Positions 12,032 to 22,758 of a stretch of 64,000 nucleotides of DNA are shown here, piece by piece. The notes below the pieces were generated by a model. It had not been told where the DNA came from and did not search any database. It was given only the letters and a program-made list of their open reading frames with translations. The DNA comes from Massalongia carnosa (taxonomy: Eukaryota), in the NCBI GenBank assembly GCA_965645245.1, contig OZ287068.1, positions 496,001-560,000 of the forward strand, in the 5' to 3' direction. The translations under genes and the position numbers were made by a program. Positions within the stretch are counted from its first letter, which is position 1; every line of letters begins with the position of its first letter.

Positions 12032-13540
12032 TTAGTCATACTGGAAGAGAACACTGATGCTCTCACCATGATGGACTCGTCGAATCGCCTTTGAGGTTTG
12101 TCAGTTTTCCGGGTTCTCGTCTCGAAGGCAGGGGAATGCGGTACCTCTGCGAAAACATGCCCGATGCCCAATACCTCAAGTTTGGGACATCGTTTTTGAT
12201 GCTCGTCTTGAGGGACGCTGTTGGTTACTACGACTTTGTCCAATGCGCTGGCATTGATCCTATCGATAGCGTCTCCGCTCAGAACACCGTGGGTAAGCAA
12301 TGCAATTACTTTGGTGGCACCTTCTTTCTTCAGCAGCTTGGCCGCTCGCGTGATGGTATTGGATGTGTCCGCAAGATCATCCACGAGTATGGTGGTACGA
12401 TTTGCTACGTCTCCTACTAGCATCATCGTTGCGTTCTGTCGGTCTGTGATCTTTGTTGGGCGGCGTTCCTAGAAAATCCAATCAGGATCTACAGCGTGGA
12501 AGCAGCCTGGGGAGAGATACCTTGTGGATCAAGGCAAATGGCATTCCTAATCCGTCCGCGATCGCCGTGGCCCTTTTCGCACCTCCGGCATCGGGACTCA
12601 CGATGACTGCGTGTTGGTAGTCTGGAATCTGATGCTGGATGTATTTCTTCAGTAGTGGCCTACCGTAGAGATTGTCGACGGGAATATCGAAGAAGCCTTG
12701 ATATTGCGGGTCATGCAAGTCCATAGTGATGATGTGGTCGGCTCCAGCGCAGGTAAGGAGGTCTGCCACTAGTGTCCCAGCCTGAGCGACCCATTGCTTA
12801 TAGCCAGGTCGAGGCTGGAACGATGTGTCTTTCGAGGAAGTTGAAGATGCACTTGCCGAGTCCTCATGAGAACACCCATTGGCATTCGAGGTCGAGGAAT
12901 GATTATGCTGGCGTGCGGAGTTGCTGGACTTGTTTGATTCCATCGTATCACTTCGCTTGGGGGGGCCATTTGCATAGTTCGCATAGCGAGCGCTTTGTGG
13001 CGTGGTAGGAGCGCTGGTTGGGCCGTTGTCGTCAATTTGTACCTTGGCAAAGCTCTTGTGCAACCGTTCTATGCCGTTATGAAGATCCATTGAATGCGGA
13101 TGGTCCGGATGAGGCGTTTGCGGCTTGCTCTCGAAAGAATAAGGAGTTTGCGGTTTGCTCTCAAATGAATAATTAAAATCGAGCTTGTTGTAATTGTTTG
13201 ATGCCTTGACCAAAGGGGCGCCGGTCTTGTTGTAAGGAATATCACTTTGTCTCGAATACGGAAACAAGGGCAACACCGCGGTGACCTTAGCAGCCGAAGC
13301 CGTCTTACAAGCAGAAATTGCAATGAGCAATTCCATCAGATGGTCATTGACCTTCCCCCCACCAGATTGAATGATGTAGACATCTTTTCCTCGCACCGAT
13401 TCTTGGATCTCCACTCGAGTCTCTCCGACGGAAAACTTGGAGAGGAGAGCATTGCCCTCGGCAATGCCGAGATGATCGCAGATCGTTGCTGTCAGCTGAG
13501 GATGGGAACTTCCTCCGAGCACGACGATGTTGCGAACCAT
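12032..13540 (-). CDS. PRS5: Ribose-phosphate pyrophosphokinase, PRS5-type (long non-homologous insertion)
   Basis: MVRNIVVLGGSSHPQL, YSRQSDIPY, GYKQWVAQAGTL, ITMDLHDPQYQGFFDIPVDNL, VSPDAGGAKRA, ILVDDLADT. Introns 12469-12520 and 12089-12144; ends SVLFQYD*. Confidence 0.93.
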
Positions 13541-14114
13541 TGTCGACTTGGCTCGATGGAAAAAAGGGGTCAAACTTCAATATTCTCACGCGACGTATGC
13601 GAAGAAATCTACTGCCCAGCGGGGCGGGAGGGAAGATGGAAGTAGGAGGAATCTATCGACGAAGGAGGAAACAAGGGTTGGGTTGGAATCAGCTGTTGTA
13701 CTCGGTCGATGCATACACCCAGGATCACAACCATATGATGATGGCAGAGCAGCTCCTCGTTCTCCAACCACAGAAGCAGTCGGAAGTGATGAGCGTGTTG
13801 GGAGTATGATTAGTCATTGTGAGGATGAAAGTCAAAATGAGCAAAGTGCGGAGATGGAAGTGAAGAATGTGGGTTCCTCGTGGATATGGGAAAATTTTCT
13901 TTTGAATTTTTTTTTCGAAAATTAATTTTCCATCCACGACATTTAAAAAATTCCGCACGAGGTGCGGATAATCAGGACTTAAGCACGTCACACTCGAATA
14001 TGCCATGCAGCGAATGCTGTAATTGGCTAATTTCCCCGCAATCGGCCTGGGCAAAACGCTTTCTGACGCCGCTAGTCCGTTTTTAGACTAGCTAACTATT
14101 CCCACTTGCCGTGT

Positions 14115-14345
14115 TACTCTACTCCGTACTCTATTCTATATTCTGTACTCTATATTCTGTACTCTATACTTTGTACTCTATATTCTGTACTCTGTACTCT
14201 GTACTGTACTCTGTACTTTGTACTCTGTACTCTGTACCTCATCCGTGGAGTAGGTAGGTATACCCTTGTAGTTGTACGAGTACGCATTCCCGTCCGTACC
14301 CTATCGTGCCTACTCCGTATCCTATTCCGTATCCTACTCCGTACC
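14115..14345. repeat. Degenerate (TGTACTC)n minisatellite grading into TACTCCGTA-like motifs
   Basis: tctgtactctgtactctgtactgtactctgtactttgtactctgtactctgtac..., then tactccgtat, tattccgtat, tactccgtac. Confidence 0.8.
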
Positions 14346-15088
14346 CTTTATCGAACCCCAGGGTGGTATTCAAACCCTACCCACGTGACATTGTTGGTGT
14401 TTGAGATACCGCAGGCTTGTTGTAGAGTACATAATGAGTACAGAAGGAGAGCATGCTTCACACAGCGCATCGAATCAAGAGGTTGGCACCAATGGTAGAT
14501 TCAGCCGGACCTATGCACCCAGTACGGCGTTTCAATCTCCTCCCTACGCCCTGCAGAAGCATATTCGGCAATAGGCGCATGCGCCCGTGTATTCTGTACG
14601 GATCTCAATACGTTCAGGGCGGTGGAGTCATGACCTCTGATGCTAGCTTTGGGTCTTCCTTTCACCCTTGGTTGCAACCAAGCACCCCTATCCGACTTCC
14701 AGCCACACCGAACCTGCTTCAAAGCCCTGTGGATGTTGATCATTCGCTCGCTCTCAGTTTTATGGATGACGTGATAAACACCTCGATGAGTGTTTTAAGA
14801 TGGTGAGAAGGGAGACATAGAGGCGTGTAAAAAGTCCAGAGAATCTTCTTAATAGATAGCCGTAAAAATAGATTCCGTTCATAAAGGAACGGCCCGGCAC
14901 CCAGCTGGCCGTTGAGATAAAGACTCCATTGGAATAAGCAACGTCTGTAGCGTACACACAGCGAACAATGACAAATGGACCGGCCGGAGCTAGGCAATGG
15001 TAAATAGTGCAGCTGCGCTATCACCCGATGATGAACAGGGTTCACATCAGAGGAAGCCAGGCAGGAAGCCAGGCGGCAAGCGCGAGCG

Positions 15089-16513
15089 CTATGCTTCGTG
15101 TGGGTTGATATACGTCCACTCGATCAACTGACCCGGAACGGCCTTGATATGCGTCTGATCAAGTTTTTTCTCTCCAAAGGGTACCCGTTTGACCAGCCCG
15201 CTCTTCATATTGGCATCATGAGCTACACCAACTCCATCTTCCGCAGCAGCAATGGCTTTGGAGCCGCTTGTTTGATTGTCCAAAATCCGCCTTTGGGGTA
15301 GATCAAGTGATACCCGATCTTTCAGAATCCGCTTTGTGGGGTGATTGATTTTTCGATCGACTTGGATGTGCTTCGCGCCATTAGGTTCCAGGAATTTCCA
15401 GATGAACCGCTCAGAAGGGTGGGGCCAAGGCCTACTAGATGACAAAAAAAGTGATACTTGCTCTTGGGTTTTGCTAGAGAATGTCCCGCCAGCCTGCATA
15501 TAGTTACACAACTTTTCTTTAGCACTACCAGGATAATGACGATTAATTATTCTATCGCTGTCCTTTTGGACCAGTTCTGGGCAGTCTTTTGGGACATTCT
15601 CTTGAGTGTCCTGAGTCGCCCCCTTTTCCTGCCCCTTGTTTGCTCTTCCGCTGCGCTGTTTCTTTTCCTTTATCATCCTTCTGTTTTTTTCTTCTTTCCT
15701 CCCTTGCTCAGACCTTTTCGTGCCCTTATCCGTGTCCTCTGGAGGGCAGCTTCTTAGTGTGGTATTGCCCCCCTGAGCGCGGATTTTTTCCGCAATGGTG
15801 TCTTGATAGCTCTTCAACGCCGTGCCAGCGAAGTTAGGAACTTTAAGCGTTCCCCCTCTCCAGCCTTGATCCTGGGGAATCAGCTCCTTACATTCCACTG
15901 CCCATACTATTTGCGTGCCATCAATGATTGGCTCCGCCAGAACCGTGGTTCCCTTCGGCATCGATGCTAGCATACATTCCGGCCTCAATTGCATACAGTT
16001 TTGGAGCGCCCAGTCTACCGTCTTGGTTTTCGTACTTGACCTTGGCTTTAAGTGAAACGCCACCCGTTGACCTTTCAATAGGAAATCATAAGCTATGCTA
16101 AGGATATGCTCCAGGTGGTCTCGAGGGGTCACAGTTGTCAAATGTATCTCCTTGGCTCGACCAGCCCACTTAAACTTTGGAGCTTTAGATTTTGGAGGGA
16201 GCTTAATAACTTTCAACGGGCGAATGGTATAGAGAGGACCGTCGGGGATTCGCGATATGTTGCAGAGGTAAGTAAGCGGCTGGATCAACTTCACAGCGTC
16301 GGACAAGGTTATTACGGCGGTTTTTCTGGTCTGGTGATCAAGGAGCTGAAATTTTTTGTTCGTAACGTCAGGCAGTTTCTTTCGTGGAAGACCAATAAGC
16401 TTATCCGTGGGCGTCTTGGTGAACAGTTCGTGGATCAAGTGTAAATGGCGCCGAGAAGCTGGAGAGAGAGCGCGAATGATACATGGATGAAATACAACAG
16501 ATCGTATATGCAT
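15089..16513 (-). CDS. Mitochondrial translation initiation factor IF3-like protein with low-complexity C-terminal extension
   Basis: Arg/Ser-rich presequence-like start (ATG 16513). IF3 C-domain-like segment KEIHLTTVTPRDHLEHILSIAYDFLLKGQRVAFHLK. Confidence 0.6.
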   Translation of the reverse strand: MHIRSVVFHPCIIRALSPASRRHLHLIHELFTKTPTDKLIGLPRKKLPDVTNKKFQLLDHQTRKTAVITLSDAVKLIQPLTYLCNISRIPDGPLYTIRPLKVIKLPPKSKAPKFKWAGRAKEIHLTTVTPRDHLEHILSIAYDFLLKGQRVAFHLKPRSSTKTKTVDWALQNCMQLRPECMLASMPKGTTVLAEPIIDGTQIVWAVECKELIPQDQGWRGGTLKVPNFAGTALKSYQDTIAEKIRAQGGNTTLRSCPPEDTDKGTKRSEQGRKEEKNRRMIKEKKQRSGRANKGQEKGATQDTQENVPKDCPELVQKDSDRIINRHYPGSAKEKLCNYMQAGGTFSSKTQEQVSLFLSSSRPWPHPSERFIWKFLEPNGAKHIQVDRKINHPTKRILKDRVSLDLPQRRILDNQTSGSKAIAAAEDGVGVAHDANMKSGLVKRVPFGEKKLDQTHIKAVPGQLIEWTYINPHEA

Positions 16514-16591
16514 ATGTAGCCGATTAGATGTGAGCTTATAGGAACAGACGTAACTGTTCAAGCTCGAAGAAACGTACGGGTAGGGTTTTTG

Positions 16592-18118
16592 CACTATTAT
16601 GGTAGGTCGTTAGTGTCCGGATACATAGGCGAATTTAAACGAATTGCATAGCAGTATGAATTATCTATTTTTTATTATTAATTCATTAAGCGTATACATC
16701 CTAAGGATATGACGCTGTAACTGCTATTTATGTACATAAACAACAGTCAGGAAGTGGAAACCTGGCCCCCAGGGTAAAACCACTCCGTTGTTCCATGTTG
16801 AACGCAACGAGACCGTCCTTCTACCACGCGGTGCATACACCCAGATCTTCAAACGCTAGGAATCCTATTGAATTATCTATTGTTGCTGTTACGTTTCAGT
16901 AAAATAATGCGATTATTTGTTTACATATAACTAATATTTAGTATAACCTCCATTTGCATTCAGGACTGCTTGCACTCGACGAGGCATTGACCGCATTAAA
17001 CTTTCCAAAAACGCCTCCGTTATGCAGTCCCATGCCTCCAAGACAGCATCAACAATGGCCTCTTGAATTTTTGGGGCACTTGCTGACAGAATGCGTAATT
17101 CGGGGTGTCTTCTAAAGACTATGTTCTTCACTTTCTTCCATACCATCTCGATGGGGTTCAAATCGGGGGAGTAGGCCGGCCAATCCATGACCGTGTACCC
17201 CTTTTCTTTGAACCAGTCCATTGTCTCTCGAATTTTGTGTGTTTTAGCTCCATCTTGCATGAAAACAATGCCCGAATCGTTATCGAGCATGGTAGGAAGA
17301 TGTTCTTTATAAGCATCGAGTATAATCAACCCTGTGATACCTTTCTTTCACGTACGATCTGGATCGGGCTCCAACGAGGTCAAACCACCCCGTCGATTGC
17401 CTGCAAAGCAGCCCCAGAACATCTTTGTGACTCTCGATCCATTGTTGACTGGTTCGAAGCATTCTTGATCCCATTTCTCATTTGGAAGTCGAAAAACCCA
17501 CACGTTCTCACTCCCATCCTGTTTGCAAACTGACATCTCATCAGACCAACACACTTGAGCCCACTCATCCTCCGAAACATCCTCATATTGACGTGCCCAG
17601 GCCCAGCCGATCAGCAATATGAGCTTCCATTAACATCGTACAATTAGCTGTGCGCCATTTGCGAACGTTTTGATCACGAAGACGTCGTTTCATGGTGGTT
17701 CGAGAAACATCGGGCATAATGTTAGCTTGCAACTCCCCCAGAGGCTGTCGACGACCCTTTGACCCCGATTTAATCGTTGCTCGTATCAAATGACGATCTT
17801 CTCGTGCTGTGATTATTTTGGGCCGACCAGATCGTACTTCCGTTTTGTGGTCGTCGCGTGTTGTAGCCTTTTTCAAAGTGTCTCCTATGGTCGAACGACC
17901 CCATTGCGGAAACTTTTCGTGTATAGTGCTAACGGAGGCAGCGGCGAGGCCCATACCGTACATTTCAGCTCTGATTATGACGGGCACTTCTTTGCGCGTA
18001 GTTTTGGGCTGTTTAGAGCTACGTGGTGGTGGCATGATGGATTGAAAGGTGGTTGTTTACTTTTCAAAACTAAAAAAATTCTCGCCTATCCTGACACTTC
18101 TGACCCCGCATAATAGTC
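16592..18118 (-). mobile_element. Degenerate Tc1/mariner element; transposase pseudogene 16931-18035
   Basis: Imperfect TIRs (ACTATTATGGTAGGTCGTTAGTGTCCGGATA / TATCCTGACACTTCTGACCCCGCATAATAGT). Three ORF pieces: RSGRPK HTH, WSDEM, MQDGA...WPAYSPDLNPIE...GGYTKY. Confidence 0.88.
16670..16868 (-). mobile_element. 5'-truncated copy of the non-coding retroposon (3' tail only)
   Basis: Highly similar to 19510-19712. A-rich tail at left (plus-strand T/TTA run). 13-bp TSD TGAATTATCTATT (16657-16669, 16869-16881). Confidence 0.88.
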
Positions 18119-18190
18119 AGTCAAAGTATGCCAGTAGTGCTATTCTGCGCTTTTAGTTCGTCTTCAAGACATGTCAAACGACTAACCACG

Positions 18191-19087
18191 ATGCGAACAT
18201 CCTCTCTTCCCTTCGTTGAAAAAAGTCCATTAAAGTTCCCAAGAATTGTCTGTTACCACCAAACGCATTACTACCAAGGACACTTTGTCTCGATCCTCCC
18301 CCTCCTCGACGCTGGCGCGACACACGTTATAATAGCAGCGTTTCACCTTAACTCACGCGAGATCATCACACTGAACGATGATTCCTACCGAGATCCTAAG
18401 AACGAGCCTCTATGGGCTGAAGTCCGCACGCTCCAGCGCTCTGGGATGAGAGTTCTTGGCATGCTGGGCGGAGCCGCACAAGGTTCATATAGGGCTCTAG
18501 ACGGCGAGGCGGAGAGCTTCGAGGCGTACTATAAGCTAGTGCACGAGATGGTGGCTTGGACGGGCCTCGACGGGCTGGATCTGGATGTGGAAGAGGCATT
18601 GTCGCTCGCGGCAATGATCCGGCTAATCAACCGCCTTAAGATGGATTTCGGGCAGGATTTTCTAATCACGTTGACGCCTGTCGCGACGGCGATGCGAGGC
18701 CAGCAGAACCTGTCCGGATTCGATTATGAGGTTTTGGAGAAGGCATTTGCAGTTCACATTGCTTGGTATAATACGCAGTTCTATTGCGGATGGGGGTGCA
18801 TGAAGACGACCCACGATTATGAAAAAATTATCAATCGCGGATGGCCGCCAAGCAAGATTGTTGCCGGGCTTGTGACAAACCCGGAAAACTGTTCAGGATG
18901 GGTACCTGATGAGCCGCTACGCAAGACTCTACTGGCACTGAAAAAGAACTACCCTGATTTTGGAGGGGTCATGGGGTGGGAGTACTTTAACTCGCTGACG
19001 GAAGCTGACGGGCATGGGAAGCCTTGGTGCTGGGCACACTTCATGAACAAGATCCTTCGGCCATCTAGCTCGAACGAGTGGGAATAG
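18191..19087 (+). CDS. GH18 chitinase (catalytic domain only, no signal peptide)
   Basis: RIVCYHQTHY, GMLGGAAQG, catalytic GLDGLDLDVEE (DxDxE), WYNTQFYCGWG, FGGVMGWEYFNS. Alternative start at 18128. Confidence 0.9.
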   Translation: MRTSSLPFVEKSPLKFPRIVCYHQTHYYQGHFVSILPLLDAGATHVIIAAFHLNSREIITLNDDSYRDPKNEPLWAEVRTLQRSGMRVLGMLGGAAQGSYRALDGEAESFEAYYKLVHEMVAWTGLDGLDLDVEEALSLAAMIRLINRLKMDFGQDFLITLTPVATAMRGQQNLSGFDYEVLEKAFAVHIAWYNTQFYCGWGCMKTTHDYEKIINRGWPPSKIVAGLVTNPENCSGWVPDEPLRKTLLALKKNYPDFGGVMGWEYFNSLTEADGHGKPWCWAHFMNKILRPSSSNEWE

Positions 19088-19509
19088 GTGATTGGGAGCG
19101 GCTTATTGTTGAGATCCGCCTTGATTGCTTAAACTCCACTCCATTTGCACCATCCCAGCGCTGATATTCCTTCCCAACAACCTTTCTCTCATTTCTGCCA
19201 ACCTCCTCGTTGTACCCTCACTCACCTTTCCGGTCCCTTTCCACAAGATCTCTGCGGTTGCGGCTGCCCTTGGCCATAGCATCGCATCCGACGTTACACT
19301 ATCCGTAAGCTGACCCCATAGATGAACTTCACCACCAAGCAATAAGTGTCTCTGTTCCTTAGGAATACCTGCGAGAGGATCGTATGAATATACTTGCCGC
19401 CAGTTGTTATATGTGCTTGGCCAATCTAAAAAAGGGGGCTTGATGGTTGATTCTGGATTCGATAGATCAGGGTCTTGCCAGTTTCCGTATCCACAACTCA
19501 GATCCCAGT

Positions 19510-20263
19510 TTTTTATTTGTTTATTCATTAAGCGTATGCATCCTTAGGATATGACGCTGTGACTGCTATTTATGTACATAAACAACAGTCAGGAAGTGGA
19601 AACCTGGCCCCCAGGGTAAAACCACTCCCTTTTATTCCATATTGAACGCAACGAGATCGTTCTTCTACCACGCGGTGCATACACCCAGATCTTCAAGCGC
19701 TAGGAATCCTATAGACCCGATGAACTAGACAGTGTATCTCCACACGTTCGACGAACATTCTCTCTCTTTAACCGTTTTGACTCAATAGATGATAGACTGG
19801 CCATGATCGAAGGCAGATCGTGGTGTCGTATGAATGAAGATGTGAAAATATGGCCATTCCGAATGAATGGGCTTTTTCGATGAGGTGAGAGGCTTCCGCC
19901 TGGGGGGTGTGGCCATTCCGACTGAATGGGCTTTTTCGATGAGGTGAAAGGCTTCCGCATGGGGGGTGTGGCCATTCTGACTGAATGGACTTTTTCGATG
20001 AGGTGAAAGGCTTCCGCCTGGGGGGTGTGGCCATTTCGACTAAATGGGCTTTTTCGATGAGGTGAAAGGTTTCCGCCTGAGGGGTGTGGCCATTCCGAAT
20101 GAATGGGCTTTGTATGCCTTCGAAGTGGTGAATGATCAGTAGAGACGTTGATCATTCAAACGGCCACCGAGGTGGGCTTCAGCGTTGGCGATGATCAGAT
20201 ATTGGCCACCTCCGAGGAGGTGTTGATAAACTGCACCACGTAGAGGTTTCTGACCTAGCAGGC
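19510..20263 (-). mobile_element. Non-coding SINE-like retroposon (~754 bp): candidate ribozyme head, 59-nt tandem repeats, structured A-rich tail
   Basis: 16-bp TSD CAACTCAGATCCCAGT (19494-19509, 20264-20279). A-rich 3' end. 3' 200 bp duplicated at 16670-16868. No protein-like ORF. Confidence 0.88.
19851..20111. repeat. 59-bp tandem repeat, ~4.4 copies
   Basis: Unit TGGCCATTCCGACTGAATGGGCTTTTTCGATGAGGTGAAAGGCTTCCGCCTGGGGGGTG starts at 19851, 19910, 19969, 20028 and 20087. Confidence 0.95.
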
Positions 20264-20264
20264 C
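20194..20264 (-). ncRNA. Candidate HDV-like self-cleaving ribozyme (degenerate)
   Basis: Minus strand: (G)GCCUGC UAG GUCAGAA ACC UCUACGU GGU GCAGUU UAUCAA CACCUC CUCG GAGGUG GCCAA UAUCUGAU = P1, P2, P3/L3, P1', P4, J4/2, P2' in HDV order. P1 has a mismatch and the P1.1 GG is missing. Confidence 0.55.
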
Positions 20265-22758
20265 AACTCAGATCCCAGTGGCTACGCGGGCCAAAAAGAG
20301 CTTTGTAGCCTTTGGCGACGACGGCTGCAAGCGAGGCTTGTTCACGCCACGTCTGGATAATCATAGATTCTGGGAGATCTAGCTCCCACTCCAGAAGCAA
20401 TTCTTCCCAAGCGATCGCAGTGAATGAGTGCACTGCTGTGAGAGAGAGGACGTGGGAAAAGAAACTTTGCAGAAAAGGCCGGATAATAGATTTTGAGGAC
20501 GATTCGACTGTGGAGTCAAGGCTACATACTTTGGTGTTGATTTCATCGCCGCTATGTTGGATTGCGAAGAATAGGCCGAAATGCGGGGCAAAAGGTCCTG
20601 GAAGAGTGTGTTCAGAAAGCGAGGAACTGCTGCGGAATTCAGCTTCATCTGGCCAGAGGGTGGGTTGGCGGCCCATGTTTCCCATGGCTGTTGGTTGTAA
20701 GCAGCGATGAGGGAGGGGTAGGAGTGATGGATTGATGCAGTATGACCAGGAAGGCTAATCTCAATGTACACCTCAACGCCACGGTATGCCCCGAATTCTT
20801 GGACTTCTCGAGGATCTTTAACTTCCCAGATCTGACTCTTATGATAGGCGCCTTTGAGGGCCAGTTGAGGAATAGCAGGGACATAAAGAGGCCAGGATTG
20901 GACGCCATTTGCATGCAAATGCAGACGGTTAAACTTGTTGAAGCTTAGCGCTTCAAGAGTACGCTTGACATCTTTGGGTGAGACCCGGTTCTTGGAGATG
21001 TCTAGGTGCAAGCCTCTATGCTCAAACGATGGCCAAGCATCGATGAAAATGGCAGCATATGGCGTGTACACGGCACCTTCCGTTTTCGAATGTGCATAGA
21101 AGAGCTGCGCGAGGGTGTTAAATGCGTGCAGTCCCCCTCGGGTTGATAGGATTTTGATCACTGCATGCCCATCTCTCTCAATTTCTATCGAGTAGGACTC
21201 GTCTGATAGGATGTAGTTAGCATCTGGATAAGCGATTTCCACATGCTTTTCAATGTGTATACGCCGAATATAGATTCTTGGGTCCTTAGCGTTCGGCTCG
21301 AAGTCAACGTTCCTTGGGTAGAATTTATAAGGAATGAACTTTTCGGAGAAAAGATTCTCTTTCATGCGTTGAAACGCATCCCCCAGGACGTACTCCTTCC
21401 CCTGGAAGTGCTTATGAGCACATTGCGGGTGCTCCTCCCCAGGGAAACCCCGTTGGCCAACAAAGCTGAAGGGCGCAAGGCAGACGGACCAACTCACATA
21501 CACAAGATATGATCGATCCACCTTTCAACAGAAGGGTCCGGTAGGTATAATCCACAGCCGGTGACATCCAGAGGGTGCTAAAGCCATGCGAGTACATTTG
21601 CGGCATTGGCCATGGAGCCATGATAAGCGGCGAATGGCCGAGGCATATGCGAAGCTGTTCAAGTTGCAGAGCCCGGTGCTCGAACTGTGATGTCAGCGCA
21701 GTGAGCGTGGTGAGGGCCTGGAGAAGGAAAACCTGGCAGGCTCAAAGGGTAGCTGCCGAACCTTTCCGGTCTTTCAGTAAGAGCAGCGCGTTTCGGTTGT
21801 CCGTCAAGACCCGCTTAAGGGGGGGCGAAGGTGAGCGCTTGCACGTACGTAGTTTATATCTCTATATTCTATAGAGCTGCATGAACAACATGGTCTACCT
21901 ATCCCATACATGAAAATTAGCACAGGGTAGGTAAATGATGCAGAAGCCAAAAAGCCTTTAACGTTGATGAATAAGTCGCTGCTTCCCTTTCCAGAGCTGG
22001 GCCCAGGTCCAAGAGCATCGTTACTGTTTAGTCATGCTAGGGCGATATTTCCATTTTACCTAGATCGTCCCTGCTAAAACCAAGAATGTCAAACCTCAAT
22101 GCTCAAACAACCTGAACTGGCAACCAAAAACATATCTCATCCATCCACAAGAAACGTCCCCAAAACTAAGCATATACCGTAAACACGTCTTTGCAGAGCA
22201 AAATACTGCCTGATCCTCCTTCATCTAACCAATATTTAGACAAGACTTTGCATATAAGTATCTCCCCCCTGTTATTTAAAAGTCTTATGAACTGAGGGGT
22301 GCCAAGTTCGTTGCTGAATTAATAACAATAGGACTTTTTGAAGATGAATAGAAGGTAGCACTCTTTCTTATCCTCTGGCATGATGTTTAAATGCAGATAG
22401 ATACGGGGTATAGGCTTCTGATCGTAGCAGTGCGGCAGGTTAGTAGACGCTGATAGCGAGAGTAGCGTCTAGGGGAAATGAAAGCCTGCTGATAAGTGAA
22501 TATGTAAAAAGGGATGGCAAATGGGTCGTGAGGAGGGGGCACGCTCTGTGGAAATGTTGGTTCATATTTTTGTAGTAGCGGTATTGTTGAGGAGAGATTG
22601 AAATGGTCGGGGACGACAAGATGGCAGAAGAAGGAAAGAACTTTAGTAAATGCCTATGATAGCACTAAAGAAAAGAGATGTGGGTATGATTCGATTGGTT
22701 TCGTCAAAAGCACTTCACTCAACAAAGCCTGAATATCCAAAGAAGTTCACAAGATAGC

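Larger units (their letters stand above)
19103..21621 (-). pseudogene. GH20 beta-N-acetylhexosaminidase pseudogene
   Basis: PWPMP, DESYSI, HRGLHLDISKN, KFNRLHLH, LPGHT, HSGDEIN, NNWRQVYSYDP, LLGGEVHLW, LWPRAAATAEILW. Frameshifts, plus a retroposon splitting HWDLS|CGYG. Confidence 0.88.

Noticed and set aside
14106..14498. 130-aa ORF rich in LYSVLCT
   Set aside because: Translation of the TGTACTC minisatellite.
19851..20111. CRISPR array or hammerhead ribozyme repeats
   Set aside because: Units are contiguous with no unique spacers and no cas genes. CGATGAG/GAAA fragments do not form the CUGANGA...GAAA...UH hammerhead core.
19709..20155. ORFs 19709-20155 and 19768-20034 as proteins
   Set aside because: They are translations of the 59-bp repeat (not a multiple of 3), so the peptide motifs cycle through frames.
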